Source: Candidatus Zixiibacteriota bacterium (GTDB lineage Bacteria > Zixibacteria > MSB-5A5 > WJJR01 > JAJRUJ01). Taken from it: 64,000 nt of DNA. Of the stretch, positions 1-9,966 are shown in pieces. The stretch is taken from contig JAGVQM010000012.1 of the NCBI GenBank assembly GCA_020051695.1, forward strand, positions 6,361-70,360, written 5' to 3'. Within the stretch, counting starts at the first letter, position 1. Each line of letters begins with the position of its first letter. The translations under genes and the position numbers were made by a program. The notes under the pieces are model-generated. The model made no database searches. It worked only from the letters and a program-made list of their open reading frames with translations, and was not told where the DNA came from.

Positions 1-1036
1 GAAATACTCATCCCCCATCGGACCGCCGTCGGTCCATAACTTGAAAGCCGTCGCCGTATTCTCGATTGCGGGGATCACCTGGTTATCCACGGCGGTGGCC
101 ACGGTAGTCGGCGTGACCAGCCCCATCTGGATGCGGCTCCAGGCATCGGGATGGGTCGGATAGTTGCCTTCATACATCGGGCCGCCCCAGGAACCGGAAG
201 CCATCAATGACCATAATCCCAGACCGTGAGAATCATCATCATAATCGTACAAGTCCGGCAAGCCAAACAGCAGATGGCCCAACTCATGACAGAACACACC
301 GATGGTCATATCGCCCGGGGCCGCCCAAAATTCCGGCTGGACTGAGTAAGTCCGAATCGTCTTGCCGTCACGGGTCTGCGGAGGCCAGATCGACCACATG
401 TGCGACCACATATCATCGGCCGATCCGGAACGTTCGGCGCCGGTACCGGCATGGATGACCACAATACCATCGACCGAACCGTTGTTGTCGCCGTCGAACT
501 GGCTAAAATCAACGTCGGCATCAATTAGGGCAATCAGGTCCTCGACCAGTTTCTGTGAGTTGTGGGGATATGAACCGGTACCATAACTGCCGTTGACATA
601 ATAACTGTAATCTTGCGGCGCGGTGCGCCACCCGATCTCCGAGGGCAGGTCGGGCGCGTCTATGGATAGTGTGCCGTAAGAGATTTCATCGTAATAATCC
701 CATACAGTCTGCGGAGTATGGCCAAAGAGCAATGAGTCAAAATACGACCCGGCAACCGAGGAATCATTGTCGGCAAAACGCACCAGGATTGTCAGCAGCC
801 GTTTGGAGCCGGCAACCAGGGTGCCGGTGCCGATCCGGGCCGGTTGATCGACCATGACGGGACGGGGCAGTGTCCGCAACGAATCGTATAAAGCCAGGTT
901 ACGCTGGACCTGCGGGTTGTCGGACGTCAGCAGGTCGGGGTGCGGCGGCATGGCCGGCGCCGCCGACCACAAACCCAGACACAGACCCGGCACCAACGCC
1001 ATGCTCAGAATCCGTAGAACCGTCAGATTACGCATG
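1..1036 (-). CDS. M6-family (immune inhibitor A-like) zinc metalloprotease, 5' part; the C-terminal end runs off the window start
   Basis: Minus-strand translation from the ATG at 1036..1034 gives a signal peptide (MRNLTVLRILSMALVPGLCLGLWSAAPA). It continues in frame to position 1 with a canonical HELGH zinc motif (GVFCHELGHLLFGLPDLYDYDDD, plus coords about 250-300). The ORF track misses it because no stop codon lies inside the window. It is the last gene of the lipoprotein-OMP-protease operon. Confidence 0.75.
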
Positions 1037-1051
1037 TTCCTCCACTCCTTG

Positions 1052-2320
1052 CTAAAAGTGCAGTCCACCGGCGAATGACAAAGTGGCGCCACGGCCCTTG
1101 GTCGGCCATAATCCGCCGGCAGTGCGCGCAGCAAGCTCCAGTTGTATCAACCCCATGTGCAACCCGCCGCCCAGACCGGCGGTGAACGAATTAAGTCCAC
1201 CGACGCTCACGCCCGCGCGCAGCGGCAAAAATGGAAAGAGAAAATACTCTGCGCCGAGACCCAGCTCGGGGGTGGTCGAGACTGCCAGACGATCAGACAG
1301 CCCAATCGACGCGACAATCGAAGTGTTCAGCTTTTCACCGGTCCGCCCCAGGCCCAGACGCAACCGCGCGGGAAGGGTCCGGCTGAACGCTGAAATGGGT
1401 GTGGCAGATTGTTCTTCCACCCACAGCGAGTCTTCAAAATTGTCGGCGGTAATGTCCTCGAAATAGACACTGTATTCACGCATTTCCGGATCATGCGACC
1501 ACCGGATAAATCCCACAGCGTTCTCCAGGACCAGCGAGGCGGCATATCGCGGGCTAAAACTCAGCAGCATGCTCCAATCAACCGCCAAACCACTGCCGCC
1601 TTCGGCGACCGTCGCGGTGGCGTATCCCGAACCACTGACCCCGGTATAACCGGCAACCAATGACCCCTGGGCGTTTTCCAATTGCACGTAATACAAGCCG
1701 CGAAGCAGACGGACGGTCAGCCCGCTATAAATCGATGTCCGGCCCCAGCGGGCCAGTCCGGCGGCATAAGACAAAGAAAGCTGCGCGCCGACCATCCCCT
1801 CGCCCGCATTGAACTCCGAAACATAGGTGCGGTCGGCCTCGTTGCCGTAAAACAGCAGTTCCAGCATTTCGCGGTCGATAGTCCCGCGCGCCTGGCCAAA
1901 CCCGGAGAAACGCAGTCCAAAGGAACCAACGCAGACGGCCAGGGCAGAGGCCTCGGCATGGGCCTCAAGGCGCCAGCCCTCAGCGGGAATTTTCGCCAGA
2001 ATTGCGGCCTTGTCCGCCGCAGTCAATGTCGCGCCGTTGTACAGGCGATAATCACTCAACCCCAGGGCGTTGGAGCCTAGTCCGCTGGAAACATCAACAA
2101 GGCGCAAGTCCCAGCCCGGTGACTGCCGCAGGGCCAGTGCGGCCGGGTTATCCGACAGGGCATCCAGACCGCGGGAAAGCGGGAAGGCATTGTCGGCCAT
2201 GGCGACTGCGCGCGGAGAGACCGGAGCGGTCAGGCCGGCCCTAGTCGCCCCGATCAACAGGATCACGATGGCGACTATCGTCAGCAAAATACGTCCGAAT
2301 GAATATGGATTATGCATCAT
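1052..2320 (-). CDS. outer-membrane beta-barrel protein, function unknown (possibly PorP/SprF-like)
   Basis: 422-aa ORF with a signal-peptide-like N-terminus (ILLTIVAIVILLIGATRAGL). It is Gly/Ser/Ala-rich with alternating amphipathic stretches and ends in an aromatic residue (GGLHF), typical of OMP beta-barrels. Its start overlaps the stop of the upstream lipoprotein gene at 2320. Confidence 0.55.
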   Translation of the reverse strand: MMHNPYSFGRILLTIVAIVILLIGATRAGLTAPVSPRAVAMADNAFPLSRGLDALSDNPAALALRQSPGWDLRLVDVSSGLGSNALGLSDYRLYNGATLTAADKAAILAKIPAEGWRLEAHAEASALAVCVGSFGLRFSGFGQARGTIDREMLELLFYGNEADRTYVSEFNAGEGMVGAQLSLSYAAGLARWGRTSIYSGLTVRLLRGLYYVQLENAQGSLVAGYTGVSGSGYATATVAEGGSGLAVDWSMLLSFSPRYAASLVLENAVGFIRWSHDPEMREYSVYFEDITADNFEDSLWVEEQSATPISAFSRTLPARLRLGLGRTGEKLNTSIVASIGLSDRLAVSTTPELGLGAEYFLFPFLPLRAGVSVGGLNSFTAGLGGGLHMGLIQLELAARTAGGLWPTKGRGATLSFAGGLHF

Positions 2321-4356
2321 TACCTGCCTGTTCCCTCGGCCCGATCGCCGACCATGGCTTCAATGCGCAGCAGCGCGCGCCAATCGACGTAGTCCGAATC
2401 GCGCACAGTCACCACTGAACCGTCACTGCTGAAAAACCGGATCTCTTCAGTAATGAACAGTGAGTCGCCCTCAAATATCCCCGACTGTTCGGCTGTTATG
2501 GAGAACACGTCGCGAGAAGTCACCGGACCGTTAGTCCGGCCGGCCGCATCGACCGATGCCGGAGCAATCTCCGTCGGCCCGAGAATAAGATCGGGGTTAT
2601 TCGGCAGGTTGGCGCGAGAATCGGCCAGCCGAACCTCAATGACCACGCCAAAGGGCAAATGGTTATCAAATTCGGCCGAGATCGACGCCGCGCCGAACCG
2701 CTCGGCGAAATCATCACTTTCACCGGGTAGCGCGACTCCCTCGATTTCACCGGAATACTCAACGTCGTCCAGATACAACGACAATGGCGCTGTCAGTCTG
2801 AATGACGGGAGGATGAAATCGTTAGATCGCGCCGTGCCGGAGGTGATCCCATCGCCATAGGTGACCGTACCCGCCGCCGTGATCAGCGCCGGGATCGGGG
2901 AAAGCAATGTTGCGGCGTTGGCAATGGTGGTCTGGCTGGCAAGGGGAACACCCGCGGCAGCCGGCACAAACTCGCCGGCGATCTGTAACGACTGCTGCCG
3001 GTCTCCGGTTAACAGCAAATCAAATTCCCCGGGGTAGGGGAGTGAACTGACGACTTCCACCTGCAATTCCCCGGCGGCCAGGCCGACGTCGGCGAATCCC
3101 TCAGGCAAATCAATCTCGGCCTGCAAATGCTCGACGGGCTGGACAGTCGCCGGCAAAGTTCCGGTCACCGATTCGATGACTGGTGCCGCGATGTCTACCG
3201 TGACAGCAATGCGGTCGGCCGAGGAAATCGCAATCGGGGCCACGGAGCCGGATGAAAACAGGACCGCATTAATGCGCAACGGGGTGAAACTCGTTACATC
3301 ATTACTGTAAGAGGTCCCGGTCAAGTCCAGGGGAAGTTGCACGGTCGAGTGTGCCGCAACGGTCCTGGTCATCGCTACCGGCACGCCGTCCCGTGTCAAA
3401 TCGGGCAAAATCAGATTTACAGAAAAAACAAGGTTGCTGCCGTTGCCCAAATGCACCAACACCTGTCCACCGGAAAACTCAGCAGCGGACGCCTGAATGT
3501 CGTCGGTAAACTCAATAGTATCAGCCAGTGTTTTTTCAAACTCCGGAACAACGGCGAGCGCCTCGGTAACAGCGATGGCTTCCGGGAAGTGGGCGGAAAT
3601 TTCGATGGTGTTGCCTGCCACCGACTCCACATAACCGCCGGGAGTACGGACATACACCGAAAACGCCAATTGCCCGCTGATTACCGCTCCGGAAAGATCC
3701 ACGTCCGCGGCGCGGCTTTCCGCAGGGCTGATGACACCGGCGAAGACAACCCGTCCGACTTCGGCCGCAGTCCCGGCATCGTCGATGACGACTTCGACAG
3801 AATCAAACGCCAGGGCACAATTATTGGCGGCAGTCACGCGCAGGACTCCCTGGGCGATATTCGCACTCTGGATGTCCTGGAATGGGGGAAAATCGCGATG
3901 GATCTGTGCCGCGAAACCGGGAATATCCCCGGCCGGTCCGCCGTAGAGTTCAACCAGCGAAATGCCGGCCGTCAGTTCCTGCGCGGGGTGCAGAGAAACC
4001 GCGCCCAGTGTGTCGGCATACGACTGACTGATGTTGGCAAAGGTGATATTGTCCCCGATGAAGATGGTATCCAGTGTGCGGCGCACCTCGAACCGGGCCC
4101 CGGAAACCGAATCCCAGATAAGTTCTTCCTGAGCAGCGTGGCTGATAATGTATGGGACATCATAATGGCGGTTGACCAGCGGCACGGTCAAATCGACAGT
4201 CCATCGCGGCGATTCCGGTGATTCAAGAGAACAACCGCTGATCGGTAATACCGGCATCAGGAGGGCCAGCGCCACGGCCAAGTTCCGGCGACTTCGCTGA
4301 GTCCGCCGGCCGGCCAAACGACTGCCACATGCCTGTCTGCTGGATCGATCACCCAT
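2320..4356 (-). CDS. large lipoprotein (about 678 aa), function unknown
   Basis: The long ORF 2320..4581 has an internal start at MGDRSS (4356). That start is followed by a signal peptide and lipobox (LALLMPVLPISGCS). Sequence upstream of it is AT-rich and noncoding-like. It is co-directional with and overlaps the downstream OMP gene. Confidence 0.6.
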   Translation of the reverse strand: MGDRSSRQACGSRLAGRRTQRSRRNLAVALALLMPVLPISGCSLESPESPRWTVDLTVPLVNRHYDVPYIISHAAQEELIWDSVSGARFEVRRTLDTIFIGDNITFANISQSYADTLGAVSLHPAQELTAGISLVELYGGPAGDIPGFAAQIHRDFPPFQDIQSANIAQGVLRVTAANNCALAFDSVEVVIDDAGTAAEVGRVVFAGVISPAESRAADVDLSGAVISGQLAFSVYVRTPGGYVESVAGNTIEISAHFPEAIAVTEALAVVPEFEKTLADTIEFTDDIQASAAEFSGGQVLVHLGNGSNLVFSVNLILPDLTRDGVPVAMTRTVAAHSTVQLPLDLTGTSYSNDVTSFTPLRINAVLFSSGSVAPIAISSADRIAVTVDIAAPVIESVTGTLPATVQPVEHLQAEIDLPEGFADVGLAAGELQVEVVSSLPYPGEFDLLLTGDRQQSLQIAGEFVPAAAGVPLASQTTIANAATLLSPIPALITAAGTVTYGDGITSGTARSNDFILPSFRLTAPLSLYLDDVEYSGEIEGVALPGESDDFAERFGAASISAEFDNHLPFGVVIEVRLADSRANLPNNPDLILGPTEIAPASVDAAGRTNGPVTSRDVFSITAEQSGIFEGDSLFITEEIRFFSSDGSVVTVRDSDYVDWRALLRIEAMVGDRAEGTGR

Positions 4357-4599
4357 AATTCCCCACCTTAAAAGCTGTCGCAAATGCAAGCGATGTTTCG
4401 CAGGATCATTTGGCAATTGCCATGCCGGGTGAACCGACTTGCCCAACAACCGAGCAGGAAATAAATATAACAACCAATACCACAACAGCTTGGATAAGGG
4501 CGACGGATTTCGATTCCGGATAAACCGACCATGAGTGCTGCGATAATCGAGGGGGAAATGTGGGTTGCATCCCACACTCAAACGGTAAGTACGCCAAAT

Positions 4600-4865
4600 T
4601 CAAGCTCTTGGTTGTGCCCGGTGGAACAGGGTCAACAGTAAAAACCGGCCATTGAGGAAGTATTTTTGTATGATTTCGCGTAACGCATTATTATATAACA
4701 TATTACGCGATTATTCGCAGATTCTGCGACGCATATTCTGCATTTTTTCGGCAAAAACGCTTGACAAAATCGGATTATCCATATTTTGTTAATCTTGGGT
4801 AAATGTGTGAATGGAATTTAGACTGTTTTGGGAAATGCATGAGGAAGACTGAGGGAGGTGGTCCG
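4600..4865. promoter_or_regulatory. AT-rich divergent intergenic control region
   Basis: About 260 bp with no ORF, separating the minus-strand lipoprotein operon from the plus-strand small secreted protein and sigma-54 activator. It contains TTGACA at 4761-4766 and perfect inverted repeats (TCGCAGAtTCTGCGA; CGCGTAA-N19-TTACGCG). Confidence 0.4.
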
Positions 4866-5150
4866 ATGGAGAAATTGAAACTCCTTATTGCCATCGGCCT
4901 GTGTGTGGCGTTGATGATGTTCCCGCTTGCTGGCATGGCGGGTAATCCTCTTCCTGTCAATAACAGTGCCGACGGTCATCCGTGGGATGACGGAGACAAC
5001 TCGACTGGTCCGGAAGATCCTGAAAATCCGAGCGATACGGTGGTGGAAGTCGTTAATGCAACGGCTGGTCCTGACATCACCGGCAAACCGCTGAGAAGCT
5101 CGGTCAACGTCGTGTTTGTCTGGAAATGGTATCTGATATTGATCTGGTAG
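4866..5150 (+). CDS. small secreted protein, function unknown
   Basis: GGAGG lies 7 nt upstream of the ATG at 4866. There is a signal peptide (MEKLKLLIAIGLCVALMMFPLAGMA), an acidic Pro/Asp-rich middle and a hydrophobic C-terminal tail (VVFVWKWYLILIW). Confidence 0.45.
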   Translation: MEKLKLLIAIGLCVALMMFPLAGMAGNPLPVNNSADGHPWDDGDNSTGPEDPENPSDTVVEVVNATAGPDITGKPLRSSVNVVFVWKWYLILIW

Positions 5151-5201
5151 AACCCGTAGCGTTCGCCGACCATTAAACGGAGTCGCGAAAGTCGCCGGCA
5201 A

Positions 5202-8144
5202 ATGAGACCCACCTCTCGCCATACAAAAACAGGCGCCGGAGCAGGGCATGACGAGATCCTGAAGCTGTTAAAAGAGGGCGAATACAGCGCCGCGCTGAAG
5301 GAACTTGACTGCCTGTCCGCTGATGAATGCCGTTTGCCTGCCCAGCAGGCAGAGGTATCATATTACCGGGCCCTGGCCTTATCGAGTATGTCGCGATATG
5401 CGGACGCGCTGGCGGCGGCACGAGTCGCTTTCTCCTACTACAATAATTCCGTCGATCATCTCCGGCTGGCCGAAATCCTCACCATCATGGGCAAGTCGTA
5501 TGCCGGGCGGGGGGATTTGAAAAACGCCCGAATCCAGATCCGCAACGCTCTCGCCTCATTTTTCCGGATTGGCCATACCGACGGTATCATTCGTTCCTAC
5601 AACGAACTCGCGCGAATCGAATTCATCCGGGGTGAATTCGACCTGGCCGTCGATCATCTCACCGAAGCGATTTCCCATTGTGAGCAGGAGGGGAATGTCG
5701 ATTTTCGCGCCAAGTTGGTCGGAAACCTTGGTCGCATACATTTATTGCGGGCCAACTGGGATGGGGCGCGGGAGAGTCTGGAACTGGCTGAACGGACTCA
5801 GGCGCGGCTGGGTAATCACCTCTCGGTCGTGCGCAATCAATTGTCCCGCGGCTTATTGCATATCCGCCAGGGAAAACTGGCCGCGGCTACGGCAATTCTT
5901 GATGAGGCCGCCGCGTCCATCACCTTGAGGGGATACCTGCGCGAGGAGGCCATTCTCCACGAATACCGTGGGATGCTGGCCGGCATTGCCGGGGATTTTG
6001 ACGCGGCAATCGCGGAATTCGAACGGGCGCTGTCTTTGGGCCGCAAAGTCGCCGAGAAAGGCGATCTTGTCGCCCAATCGTTGCGGGGCCTCGCCGAAGC
6101 GTATTTTGAAAAGGGTGAAATCACCGCGGCGGAAAAAACCGCCAATGAAGCCCTGCAAGTATCTCAGGAACTGGGTGAAAAAACTGAAATAGGCGCGTCG
6201 TTCCGGGTCCTGGGGCGTTTCTATGCCGCACGACAGAACTCTGCCGAGGCGCGAAAAAATTTCGAGCAGTCACTGGCGGTATTGCGCGGTGTGGGCGATG
6301 TTTTCGAACTGGCCTGGACCGCCTATTATCACGCGGAATTCCTGATCCGTTCCACTGCGCCCGCCGACCATATGCTTGGCCGGGCGGCGCTTGCCGAATG
6401 TGAAACCAAATTCTCTGCGCTGGGCGGCGAATTCTGGGTTGATGTCCCCGTCGTGCTGCGCGCGGCCCTGGAATTGTCGGAAAATAATCTCGGTATTGCC
6501 GGGCGCCTGATCAGTGAGGTGACCGACAGTACGCGCAATAGTACCCGGCCGGCCTGGCTTTTTGCCGATCGCCTGATTCCACTCCGTGCGGAATGGGAAA
6601 CGAAATTGGCCGAACATGCCGCCGGGGAACAAAACGAATACCGAATCTTTCGCACCGTGCTCAGTGAGGGTGAAGCGCGCGGGCTGCGCGGCGGTGATTT
6701 TGAAGACACGGTGCGCCTGCTGGTCGATCGGTTGAGTGCGGACGGCAGCGCGTTGATCCTGCCTCATCCGGAAACGGACGAAGCAGAGTGTGTCTACGTC
6801 CATAATCTTTCGGAATCTCGACAGCGGCGGATTCTGCGCCTGATCGGTGAAGGGCCTTTTGGCGGGTTCCCGCTGGACCGTCCGGCGGTGATCTCCTATC
6901 TGGCCGATCAACCGAACATTTACCAGTTCCTGAATCGCAACGAAAAGTATTCCACCGAATCGATCCTGACGGTGCCGGTCGTGCTGGGACCGGAGGGCAC
7001 TGCCCTGTTATATCTCGATCGGCGGGTCAATGGCTCGCGGCCCCCGGTGTTTACCTCGGCGGATATTGATTTTGCCGTGGCCTTTGCCGAAATCCTGGGA
7101 CTAAAATTCGCCGAACGGCAGCGCTCGGGGCTGTTGCAGGACAACATGCGGTTGAAACAGCAGCTAAATGAAAAAGTCGGCTTCCCCAGTATCATCACCG
7201 CCAACGAGCAGATGATCGAGATGCTTTCCCGGGTACGGCTGGTCATGGATTCGAACGTGACGATTTTGGTCCAGGGAGAAACCGGGACCGGCAAGGACCT
7301 GCTGGCCAAGGCCATCCATTATAATTCCGTGCGGCGGGATATGCCGTATGTCTCGGTCAACTGCGCCGCGCTGCCGGAATCGCTTTTGGAAAGTGAATTG
7401 TTCGGCTATAAGAAAGGGGCATTCACCGGGGCCGACCACGACAAGAAGGGATTGTTTGAAGAGGCCGACGGCGGGACATTTCTACTTGATGAAATCGGCG
7501 ATATGCCGTTACTGTTGCAGACCAAACTGCTGCGGCTTTTGGAAGAAAAGGAAATTATCCGGCTCGGGGAAACCAAACCGCGCAAAATCGACGTCCGGGT
7601 CATTTCGGCGACCAACCGTGATTTGAAAGCCGACGCCGAGGCCGGTGTGTTCCGCCAGGACCTCTATTATCGCCTGTCGGCGCTGTCGTTCAGATTGATT
7701 CCCTTGCGGGAGCGCCGCGAGGATATTCCGCTGCTGATCGATCATTTCCTGGAAAAGTCCATGACCGACGGCGGCAAACCGCCCCGGCCGATGCCGGAGA
7801 CCCTGCGGCGGCTGGTGGAATACCATTGGCCGGGAAATATCCGCGAACTGGAAAACGAAATTAAAAAACTCATGTTGTTGCGCGGGATTACTGAAGAAAT
7901 CGACGCGGGACTACTCTCGCGCAAATTTTTCGAAACGACCCCGGATGAGGACGAGAAACAACCGGCGGCTGCCGGCACGTTCTCCCTCTACGAGCACCTG
8001 GCAACCATCGAGAAAAAACACCTGTTGCGGGCATTGGCCGAGAATAAGTGGATCAAAAAACATGCGGCCAAACAACTGGATATTCCGGAATCGACGTTGC
8101 GGTTGAAAATGAGGCAGTATAAACTGGAACGGGCCAAACAATAA
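5202..8144 (+). CDS. sigma-54-dependent transcriptional activator with N-terminal TPR array and GAF-like domain
   Basis: TPR-like repeats occupy the N-terminal ~430 aa. The AAA+ sigma-54 interaction domain shows Walker A (VQGETGTGKDLLAKAIH) and the GAFTGA motif (KKGAFTGADHDKKGLFEEADGGTFLLDEIGDM), with a C-terminal Fis-type HTH. The exact start is uncertain. Confidence 0.85.
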   Translation: MRPTSRHTKTGAGAGHDEILKLLKEGEYSAALKELDCLSADECRLPAQQAEVSYYRALALSSMSRYADALAAARVAFSYYNNSVDHLRLAEILTIMGKSYAGRGDLKNARIQIRNALASFFRIGHTDGIIRSYNELARIEFIRGEFDLAVDHLTEAISHCEQEGNVDFRAKLVGNLGRIHLLRANWDGARESLELAERTQARLGNHLSVVRNQLSRGLLHIRQGKLAAATAILDEAAASITLRGYLREEAILHEYRGMLAGIAGDFDAAIAEFERALSLGRKVAEKGDLVAQSLRGLAEAYFEKGEITAAEKTANEALQVSQELGEKTEIGASFRVLGRFYAARQNSAEARKNFEQSLAVLRGVGDVFELAWTAYYHAEFLIRSTAPADHMLGRAALAECETKFSALGGEFWVDVPVVLRAALELSENNLGIAGRLISEVTDSTRNSTRPAWLFADRLIPLRAEWETKLAEHAAGEQNEYRIFRTVLSEGEARGLRGGDFEDTVRLLVDRLSADGSALILPHPETDEAECVYVHNLSESRQRRILRLIGEGPFGGFPLDRPAVISYLADQPNIYQFLNRNEKYSTESILTVPVVLGPEGTALLYLDRRVNGSRPPVFTSADIDFAVAFAEILGLKFAERQRSGLLQDNMRLKQQLNEKVGFPSIITANEQMIEMLSRVRLVMDSNVTILVQGETGTGKDLLAKAIHYNSVRRDMPYVSVNCAALPESLLESELFGYKKGAFTGADHDKKGLFEEADGGTFLLDEIGDMPLLLQTKLLRLLEEKEIIRLGETKPRKIDVRVISATNRDLKADAEAGVFRQDLYYRLSALSFRLIPLRERREDIPLLIDHFLEKSMTDGGKPPRPMPETLRRLVEYHWPGNIRELENEIKKLMLLRGITEEIDAGLLSRKFFETTPDEDEKQPAAAGTFSLYEHLATIEKKHLLRALAENKWIKKHAAKQLDIPESTLRLKMRQYKLERAKQ

Positions 8145-8165
8145 CCGGCAGACCTCCGGGTTTGG

Positions 8166-8192
8166 CCAGCCCCGTGCGCGGGGTTTTTTTTA
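8166..8192 (+). terminator. Rho-independent terminator after the sigma-54 activator gene
   Basis: GC hairpin CCCCGtgcgCGGGG followed by TTTTTTTT, 22 nt after the stop. Confidence 0.7.
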
Positions 8193-8289
8193 TGTCCCGA
8201 GACCCCGGCGGTCCGCCGGCGCTGCCCAACAATTGCTTTCCCACATGCAATTATCTATAGTACCATAAGGATAATCAGGGGGTATCGCG

Positions 8290-8457
8290 ATGGGCCTGCC
8301 CGGAAAACTTTCGATCTTCGGCGAGCTATGGTATTTCATGCGTCACCGCAAGAAATGGTGGTTGGGCCCCATCCTGGTGATCCTGTTGCTGCTCGGGGCT
8401 TTTATTGTCCTGGCCGAAACCTCGGCGATTGCCCCATTTATTTATTCCATATTTTGA
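8290..8457 (+). CDS. DUF5989-family small membrane protein (55 aa)
   Basis: MGLPGKLSIFGELWYFMRHRKKWWLGPILVILLLLGAFIVLAETSAIAPFIYSIF. I recognise this as a conserved small-protein family (an amphipathic start, KKWW, one TM helix, and a PFIY-F end) usually encoded next to SGNH-hydrolase or carbamoyltransferase genes. The ORF track shows only an overlapping longer frame. Confidence 0.6.
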   Translation: MGLPGKLSIFGELWYFMRHRKKWWLGPILVILLLLGAFIVLAETSAIAPFIYSIF

Positions 8458-8494
8458 TCGGCTGGACCATGGGCATCTTATCCGGGACCGACTC

Positions 8495-9556
8495 ATGACG
8501 AGCAACTTGCGGAAGGCACACCTGTCCGGCTGGAGGATGACGATTTATGCTCTGTTGATCGTCCTGATCTTCTTCGGGCTTCTGGAAGGCGGGCTCCGCC
8601 TTTTCGGCTTTTCTGGTCGGGCCGATGACACCCGGTTTGTGCTCAACCCTGAATGGGACTACCCGGAATATTTCCTCAAAGACCGCGAATTGTTCTGGCG
8701 TTTTCGGCCGAACCAGGTCATCACTTCCGGTTTTTTCATTGAGGGCGAATACCACATCAATACTCACGGGTTGCGCGGGCCGGACTTCTCCGCGAAAAAA
8801 ACACCCGATACGTTCCGGATTATTTGCCTGGGCAACTCCTGTACCTTCGGGTGGCAAGTCGGTGAGGCTGACCCGTACCCCCGGCAACTGGAAACCATGC
8901 TGAACAGGAACGCGACCGGGCGGTCTTTTCAGGTCATTAACGCCGGCGTAACCGGATATACCACATTTCAAGGCCTGCGATTTTTGCGGGATGAAGTGCT
9001 GGACTGGGGACCGGATGTGCTCGTCATCAGCTACTGTTGGAACGATCATTGGGCCGGTGGTCAGGACATCGCCGATAAAGACCAGGAATTGCCTTCGCAG
9101 TTGATTTTGGATCTGCAGAATGCACTCGGCAGGACACTGACCTACCGCTGGTTAAAATTCATGGTTTTTTCCATCCGCAAACCCGTGGCGGAGTTTTCCC
9201 ACACGCAGCCGGTTTACCGCGTGGGACTGGCAGATTACCGCGGTAACCTTGAAGCCATGATTGAACTGGCCCGCAGCCGCGGAATCCCGGTCATCCTGCT
9301 GACTTCACCGATTCCCCCCAAACGGGATTTCCCACCGCCGATGGTCCACGCCTTCCATGAAAAATACAATGACATCATGCGTTCATTCCTGGGACAACGG
9401 GGAGTAACAGTTCTTGACGCTGCTGCCGAGTTCGCCAAAGCCGAAGGGCTTTTTGAGAACCCCGGAATGGACCCCACCCACTACAACGTCAACGGTCACA
9501 ATATCATAGCGACAATCATCTCCAATTATATACTAAACGGGAGCGATAAGAATTAG
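8495..9556 (+). CDS. SGNH/GDSL-family hydrolase with N-terminal TM anchor
   Basis: TM helix (MTIYALLIVLIFFGLL), a GNSCTFG block (the GDSx-like Ser motif) and a DHW-like block (NDHWAGG). This is the usual partner of DUF5989. The start could be 8495 or 8537. Confidence 0.6.
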   Translation: MTSNLRKAHLSGWRMTIYALLIVLIFFGLLEGGLRLFGFSGRADDTRFVLNPEWDYPEYFLKDRELFWRFRPNQVITSGFFIEGEYHINTHGLRGPDFSAKKTPDTFRIICLGNSCTFGWQVGEADPYPRQLETMLNRNATGRSFQVINAGVTGYTTFQGLRFLRDEVLDWGPDVLVISYCWNDHWAGGQDIADKDQELPSQLILDLQNALGRTLTYRWLKFMVFSIRKPVAEFSHTQPVYRVGLADYRGNLEAMIELARSRGIPVILLTSPIPPKRDFPPPMVHAFHEKYNDIMRSFLGQRGVTVLDAAAEFAKAEGLFENPGMDPTHYNVNGHNIIATIISNYILNGSDKN

Positions 9557-9966
9557 TGGTCGGCAACACATTGCGGCGCATCGTCGGTCAGCAAGTGGTT
9601 CAGGCACTGTCAAAACGAAAAACGCCGTTGGTGGTTATTGAAAGCGACTCTAATTTGGTCGAAATCATGGAACATGCGGATATCCTCTATGTAACGGGAG
9701 ATTCGGCCTCCGATTTTATGGGAATTACCTCGGGTGACGGCGCCGAGGGTCCGCGCATGGAGGAAATCCTGGTGGGTGAACGCTCGAAGTTGACAGGTCA
9801 GTCGCTGAGAGATTCACTGCTCCGCTCGGAATTGGACATTGTCGTGGTCGCCATCAGAAAAACCGAGGGTAACTGGTTTTCAGTCCTCGCTGGATGGCAG
9901 AATCAACGGGACCCTGAACAGACAACCGACCTCACGGCCACGAATTCGGAACCACGATGTGAATGA
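9556..9966 (+). CDS. RCK/TrkA-like domain protein: degenerate TrkA-N remnant plus TrkA-C, possibly a gene fragment
   Basis: The GTG start overlaps the TAG of the SGNH gene (TAGTG). A TrkA-C-like segment is present (ILVGERSKLTGQSLRDSLLRSELDIVVVAIRK), preceded by a Rossmann-like region that lacks the GxGxxG motif. Its 3' end overlaps the ArsA-like gene start. Confidence 0.35.
   Translation: MVGNTLRRIVGQQVVQALSKRKTPLVVIESDSNLVEIMEHADILYVTGDSASDFMGITSGDGAEGPRMEEILVGERSKLTGQSLRDSLLRSELDIVVVAIRKTEGNWFSVLAGWQNQRDPEQTTDLTATNSEPRCE

Noticed and set aside
8160-8290. Sigma-54 (-24/-12) promoter upstream of the DUF5989 cluster (TGCCCAacaatTGCTT)
   Set aside because: It lacks the essential GG of the -24 element (TGGCAC), so the match is too weak.
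9556-9966. Functional full-length TrkA/Kch potassium-channel regulatory subunit
   Set aside because: It is only 136 aa, lacks the GxGxxG NAD-binding motif, and has a truncated Rossmann half. I annotate it as a degenerate RCK-like ORF or fragment with low confidence.
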